A DNA stretch of 20,160 bases, from positions 1 through 20,160 of the forward strand of contig BBVC01000004.1 of the NCBI GenBank assembly GCA_001192655.1. Reading direction: 5' to 3'. Positions 17,202-20,160 of the stretch are shown here, piece by piece (positions within the stretch are counted from its first letter, which is position 1; every line of letters starts with the position of its first letter). Below the pieces are notes generated by a model. The model had not been told where the DNA came from. It worked only from the letters and a program-made list of their open reading frames with translations, and searched no databases. Origin of the DNA: Caedimonas varicaedens (GTDB lineage Bacteria; Pseudomonadota; Alphaproteobacteria; Caedimonadales; Caedimonadaceae). Made by a program: the position numbers and the translations under genes.

Positions 17202-17378
17202 CTATTTTTTTATAAAAACGCCGAAGGTATCCAAAAAGGTCATGTTGTTATAAAAGAACCCACCCTCCCCAATGTCTAGAAAATCTAGATGTTTATCTTG
17301 TGCTTCCCTTACATCTTGCAATGTGTGTTTGTGGAAACCGAAATTCAGAGAGGTTATAATCAAATATAAAAACTTCAT
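17202..17378 (-). CDS. Small hypothetical protein (58 aa from the ATG; the track's 61-aa ORF starts at a GTG at 17387)
   Basis: A canonical AAGGAG Shine-Dalgarno lies 8 nt upstream of the ATG at 17378-17376. Product is MKFLYLIITSLNFGFHKHTLQ... with a hydrophobic N-terminus. No recognisable family. It ends 23 nt upstream of the Rsm22-like gene. Confidence 0.3.
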   Translation of the reverse strand: MKFLYLIITSLNFGFHKHTLQDVREAQDKHLDFLDIGEGGFFYNNMTFLDTFGVFIKK

Positions 17379-17520
17379 TTGTGTCACTCCTTAAAATTTT
17401 TCGATTTTCTCGTATGGGATTCAATATAACTTATTATAAAAAGGTCTGACACCCAATAATATTCTTTGCGACTCGTTTTAAGGTCTTTAAGCAGTTCTTT
17501 AGGTGACGTTTTGCTTGGTT

Positions 17521-17830
17521 CTAGAAGTTTTCAATACTATTTAAATACCATAATTCATGAATTTGAAGAATTTCGGCTTCTGTCTTGGGCAAGGAAACTT
17601 CACTGAAAGCCTTGCGAATCCACTTTAGAACAGCCATATCGCTCACTTTAAAAAGCTTGGCAATCTCAAGCATTGGACGCCACAATGAGCATAAAGCAAG
17701 ACCGTTAAATTCTTCAAATAGGACGCTTCTGGGAGCAGTTTGTGTAAACTGACAACTCCACAGTCTTTACACCGATACCTTTACAGTACAATCAATTTAC
17801 TATAACGTCATGAAATAAACTAGGCATCTG
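17521..17830 (-). pseudogene. Decayed IS1-family-like transposase remnant (InsA-like zinc-finger/HTH region)
   Basis: One minus-strand frame gives RYRCKDCGVV (zinc-finger-like) and is then broken. The -1 frame (17766-17521) gives CQFTQTAPRSVLFEEFNGLALCSLWRPMLEIAKLFKVSDMAVLKWIRKAFSEVSLPKTEAEILQIHELWYLNSIENF*. This is an HTH followed by an (L/I)xELW motif, like the LDE(L/M)WSF junction of IS1-family transposases. No catalytic domain follows, and stops lie upstream (17781-17783) and downstream. Confidence 0.45.
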
Positions 17831-18007
17831 CCTTAATCCAAGAGAAATTCTATTTAATTAACTTCTTGATTTTCCTAACTAAATTCTAATTATCCAAAAT
17901 TCTGCTACTCCAGTGCTACTATTGGGTTAAATAATTATTTTTTTGGTAGAATGAGGACGCTATTGACAGAATGGTGTAAATTGCAATAGGCTGAACCCAA
18001 AAATATT

Positions 18008-19384
18008 TTGGATGACGGAATGGCTCTCACAAAATGGTTGGAAAAGGTCGATTCTAAAAAACTTGTTTTGGTCGGAAATGGGCTTGAATTCTTCGATCTC
18101 TATCTTTATATCCATCTGGCACACGTCATTAATCAGAAATTCTTTCCCTATGGCGAGCCTTCGGCGTTAAGAATTTTACCCTATCTCGGTTTTTATCTGA
18201 TCGCTCCGATCTCGTGCATATTCTTTGCGTATATTGGGGATACTCGCGGACGTAAGGTTGTACTGATCGCCACCTCTTACCTGATGGCTCTTTCGTCCAG
18301 TCTCATTGTCTTTTTACCGACTTATGAATCATGGGGTATTTATCCAGGATACATTTTGATCTTCTTACGCATTATGCAGGGTGTCTCTCTTGCAGGAGAG
18401 CCAACCGCCGCTCATCTTTATATGGCGGAATCTTGTTCAGATAATCGCAAAATGTCTGCATGGGCAGCATTGCTGGCATCGATGGAGTGTGTGGGTGGAA
18501 TTTTCGCTTTAGGGCTTGCGTATATTGGCGAAACTTATCTGGCTGCTTATGACTGGGGCTGGCGTCTTCCTTTTATGGGTGCTGTGCTTTTTGTGGGATT
18601 TTCAGCGGCCTTGCGCCTGTATCTGATCGAAGCGCCTGAATATACCAGAATCGCCCATAACAAACCTTTGGATATGTTTGATAACGATAATATGAGTGCC
18701 TTCTATCAATCGTTGACCTTCAAGCAGAAAAATACAATCTGCCTTTATGGACTCTGGCTCTTTTATCCGACGTGCTTTGCATCCTCTTATCTTTATATGA
18801 CACCGATGGTACTGAAAGCGTGCGGCTTGGATGTCAACAGCCATATCATCTCCCATAATCTTCTGCTGTCGTGTTTAGAGATGGCTTTTTCTTTATCTTG
18901 GGTTCCTCTGGTGCTGTGGACAAATATATCGATCAAAGTGATTACGGTAACGCGATTTATCTGCGTGATGATTTTTTGCTCTATTTTTTACTACGTCCTG
19001 ACATACCATCCTTCTCAATCTCTTTTGCTCCTAATTCAGGGATTGGTCATAGGCTGCGGAGACTTTGTACTGATGGCGCCTTGCCTGTTTAAAAGTTTTT
19101 CTATTGTAGGTCGCTTTAGCTATATGGGCATCACATGGTCTGTCGCACGCTGGACAAATCTTTTTATCATTGTGTTCGGCTTAGAAGCTCTGAGCCTTCA
19201 TTATGGCTTTATGGGTATATTTTTAGGAGCAATTGTTCCGTTAGCGCTTATTAGCCTTGTGGCTATTCGTTATTGTGTGCTGAATTATGAATCTGTTGGC
19301 TATTATCTTGATCATCTCTTTAACAAAGGAAGAAAGCTTCAGCAAGCAAAGTCCAAAGAGTCCGATCCTTCTGTATCAATTTAA
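18008..19384 (+). CDS. MFS transporter, metabolite:H+ symporter (MHS) family, ProP-like
   Basis: 458 aa, about 12 hydrophobic segments. MHS N-terminal pattern GNGLEFFDLYLY. MFS motif A GDTRGRKVVLIAT between TM2 and TM3. The track start is a TTG at 18008. An ATG at 18020 (MALTKW...) is an equally plausible start. Confidence 0.85.
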   Translation: MDDGMALTKWLEKVDSKKLVLVGNGLEFFDLYLYIHLAHVINQKFFPYGEPSALRILPYLGFYLIAPISCIFFAYIGDTRGRKVVLIATSYLMALSSSLIVFLPTYESWGIYPGYILIFLRIMQGVSLAGEPTAAHLYMAESCSDNRKMSAWAALLASMECVGGIFALGLAYIGETYLAAYDWGWRLPFMGAVLFVGFSAALRLYLIEAPEYTRIAHNKPLDMFDNDNMSAFYQSLTFKQKNTICLYGLWLFYPTCFASSYLYMTPMVLKACGLDVNSHIISHNLLLSCLEMAFSLSWVPLVLWTNISIKVITVTRFICVMIFCSIFYYVLTYHPSQSLLLLIQGLVIGCGDFVLMAPCLFKSFSIVGRFSYMGITWSVARWTNLFIIVFGLEALSLHYGFMGIFLGAIVPLALISLVAIRYCVLNYESVGYYLDHLFNKGRKLQQAKSKESDPSVSI

Positions 19385-19410
19385 GAATCGTCAATTCCTG
19401 AGAGGCAATA

Positions 19411-20121
19411 ATGAGCAAAAATAGATTTAAGGATGTTTTTGGTCATATTGCTTGTTCCTTGTTTGGTCGTGAGCATGGAACAAAAATCACGATTCAGTTT
19501 GGAACTTATTCTGCGTCTATCGTGCCAGCAATGGACATAGCCCCAGCTTCTCCCTGTTATGACTTTTTTTCGATCTTAAAAGTCTTGACTTACATGGATA
19601 ATCAAATCCTTTTTGGTAGAACGACTTGCTGGCTGACTACCGTTCCTTACAAAGAGAACGGAGAACAAATAGAAGTCATTTTAAAAGATTTTTGGCATTT
19701 GCGGCGATTATTTTATGCAGGAAATGGTGTTGCTCCTGAGATCGCAGCTAAAGATAATTGCGGCGTTATCAAGATAGGCGCATACGAGCTTCTTTTATCA
19801 GACAGCATTTACGATTATTTGCCTGTATGGGAGCAAGCGGTAGGACAAGACACGATCTTTAATCATTCTATCCATTCGACCGCTTACAAAAGAAAACTCG
19901 ATGCTATTTTTAAGAAATTTCGCACTTTGTATGAAGGAGAATATCGTAAGATTAAGCAAGCTGAGTTCACACAATATGTGTGGACACATATTACAACAGA
20001 TGTGGCAGACCACGATTTAAAGGCCATGTGGCGTTGCTTTGCAGATGGTAGTGAAACCGTTACAGAAGAGCTCACTGAAAATAAAGAGACGCTTGACTCT
20101 CTAGGTAACGAATCAGAATAA
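19411..20121 (+). CDS. Hypothetical protein, no recognisable family
   Basis: 236-aa ORF. GAGAGG Shine-Dalgarno lies 6 nt upstream of the ATG. It starts only 26 nt after the MFS stop codon, so it is probably co-transcribed. No signal peptide or TM segment. Acidic C-terminal tail. Confidence 0.6.
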   Translation: MSKNRFKDVFGHIACSLFGREHGTKITIQFGTYSASIVPAMDIAPASPCYDFFSILKVLTYMDNQILFGRTTCWLTTVPYKENGEQIEVILKDFWHLRRLFYAGNGVAPEIAAKDNCGVIKIGAYELLLSDSIYDYLPVWEQAVGQDTIFNHSIHSTAYKRKLDAIFKKFRTLYEGEYRKIKQAEFTQYVWTHITTDVADHDLKAMWRCFADGSETVTEELTENKETLDSLGNESE

Positions 20122-20160
20122 TTATTCCCCCTATTTCTCAAAGAGTTATGAAGATTCATC

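Noticed and set aside
17275-17289. TCTAGAAAATCTAGA, two palindromic TCTAGA hexamers 3 nt apart inside the small ORF.
   Set aside because: It is a very short AT-rich motif that could form only a 6-bp stem with a 3-nt loop. There is no second copy elsewhere in the window to suggest a binding site.
20017-20073. LKAMWRCFADGSETVTEEL in the orphan protein superficially resembles an EF-hand (F-D-x-D-G-x-I-x-x-x-E-L).
   Set aside because: The loop lacks the canonical Asp/Asn ligands at positions 1, 3 and 5 and the conserved Gly/Ile spacing. There is only one such segment, whereas EF-hands normally pair.
20148-20160. ATGAAGATTCATC at the window edge could be the start of another gene.
   Set aside because: Only four codons are visible, so it cannot be evaluated.
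1-20160. I scanned the intergenic regions for tRNA T-loop-like GTTCGAATC/GTTCAAATC motifs, rRNA, CRISPR-like regularly spaced repeats, and toxin-antitoxin or defence-type gene pairs.
   Set aside because: None were found. The only regularly repeated structure is the 2 x 249-bp IS duplication.

Overview
AT-rich (by eye, not computed) bacterial chromosomal segment. Its gene content points to an Alphaproteobacterium, possibly a reduced or host-associated lineage. This is inferred from an RNase E with a large insertion in the S1 domain, an Rsm22-type methyltransferase, a ProP-like MHS transporter, IS debris and very tight gene packing.

Most of the window is housekeeping:
- rne plus an M48/TPR protease on the minus strand, divergent from mrcA (PBP1A)
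- a polar amino-acid ABC importer operon (binding lipoprotein, permease, ATPase) that ends in a frameshifted beta-lactamase-family serine hydrolase
- a flippase-like / LPG-synthase-TM-like membrane protein
- a compact minus-strand cluster: Rsm22-like methyltransferase, mnmA, DUF192, dapD, dapE

There are two accessory patches. The first (6.99-8.14 kb) is an ISY100-like IS630-family element. Its transposase is split at an A8 run, and its last 249 bp are perfectly duplicated in tandem, giving one left and two right terminal inverted repeats. The second (17.2-20.2 kb) holds a small ORF with a strong SD, a decayed IS1-like transposase remnant, an MHS-family MFS transporter, and a co-transcribed 236-aa orphan protein.

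I found no rRNA, tRNA or CRISPR array. I could not support any multi-gene defence, toxin or secretion system from the sequence. The most unusual items are the IS architecture, the Fe-S-type motifs in the adjacent Rsm22-like and MnmA proteins, and the orphan gene behind the transporter. All homology calls come from motif recognition by eye, not from searches.
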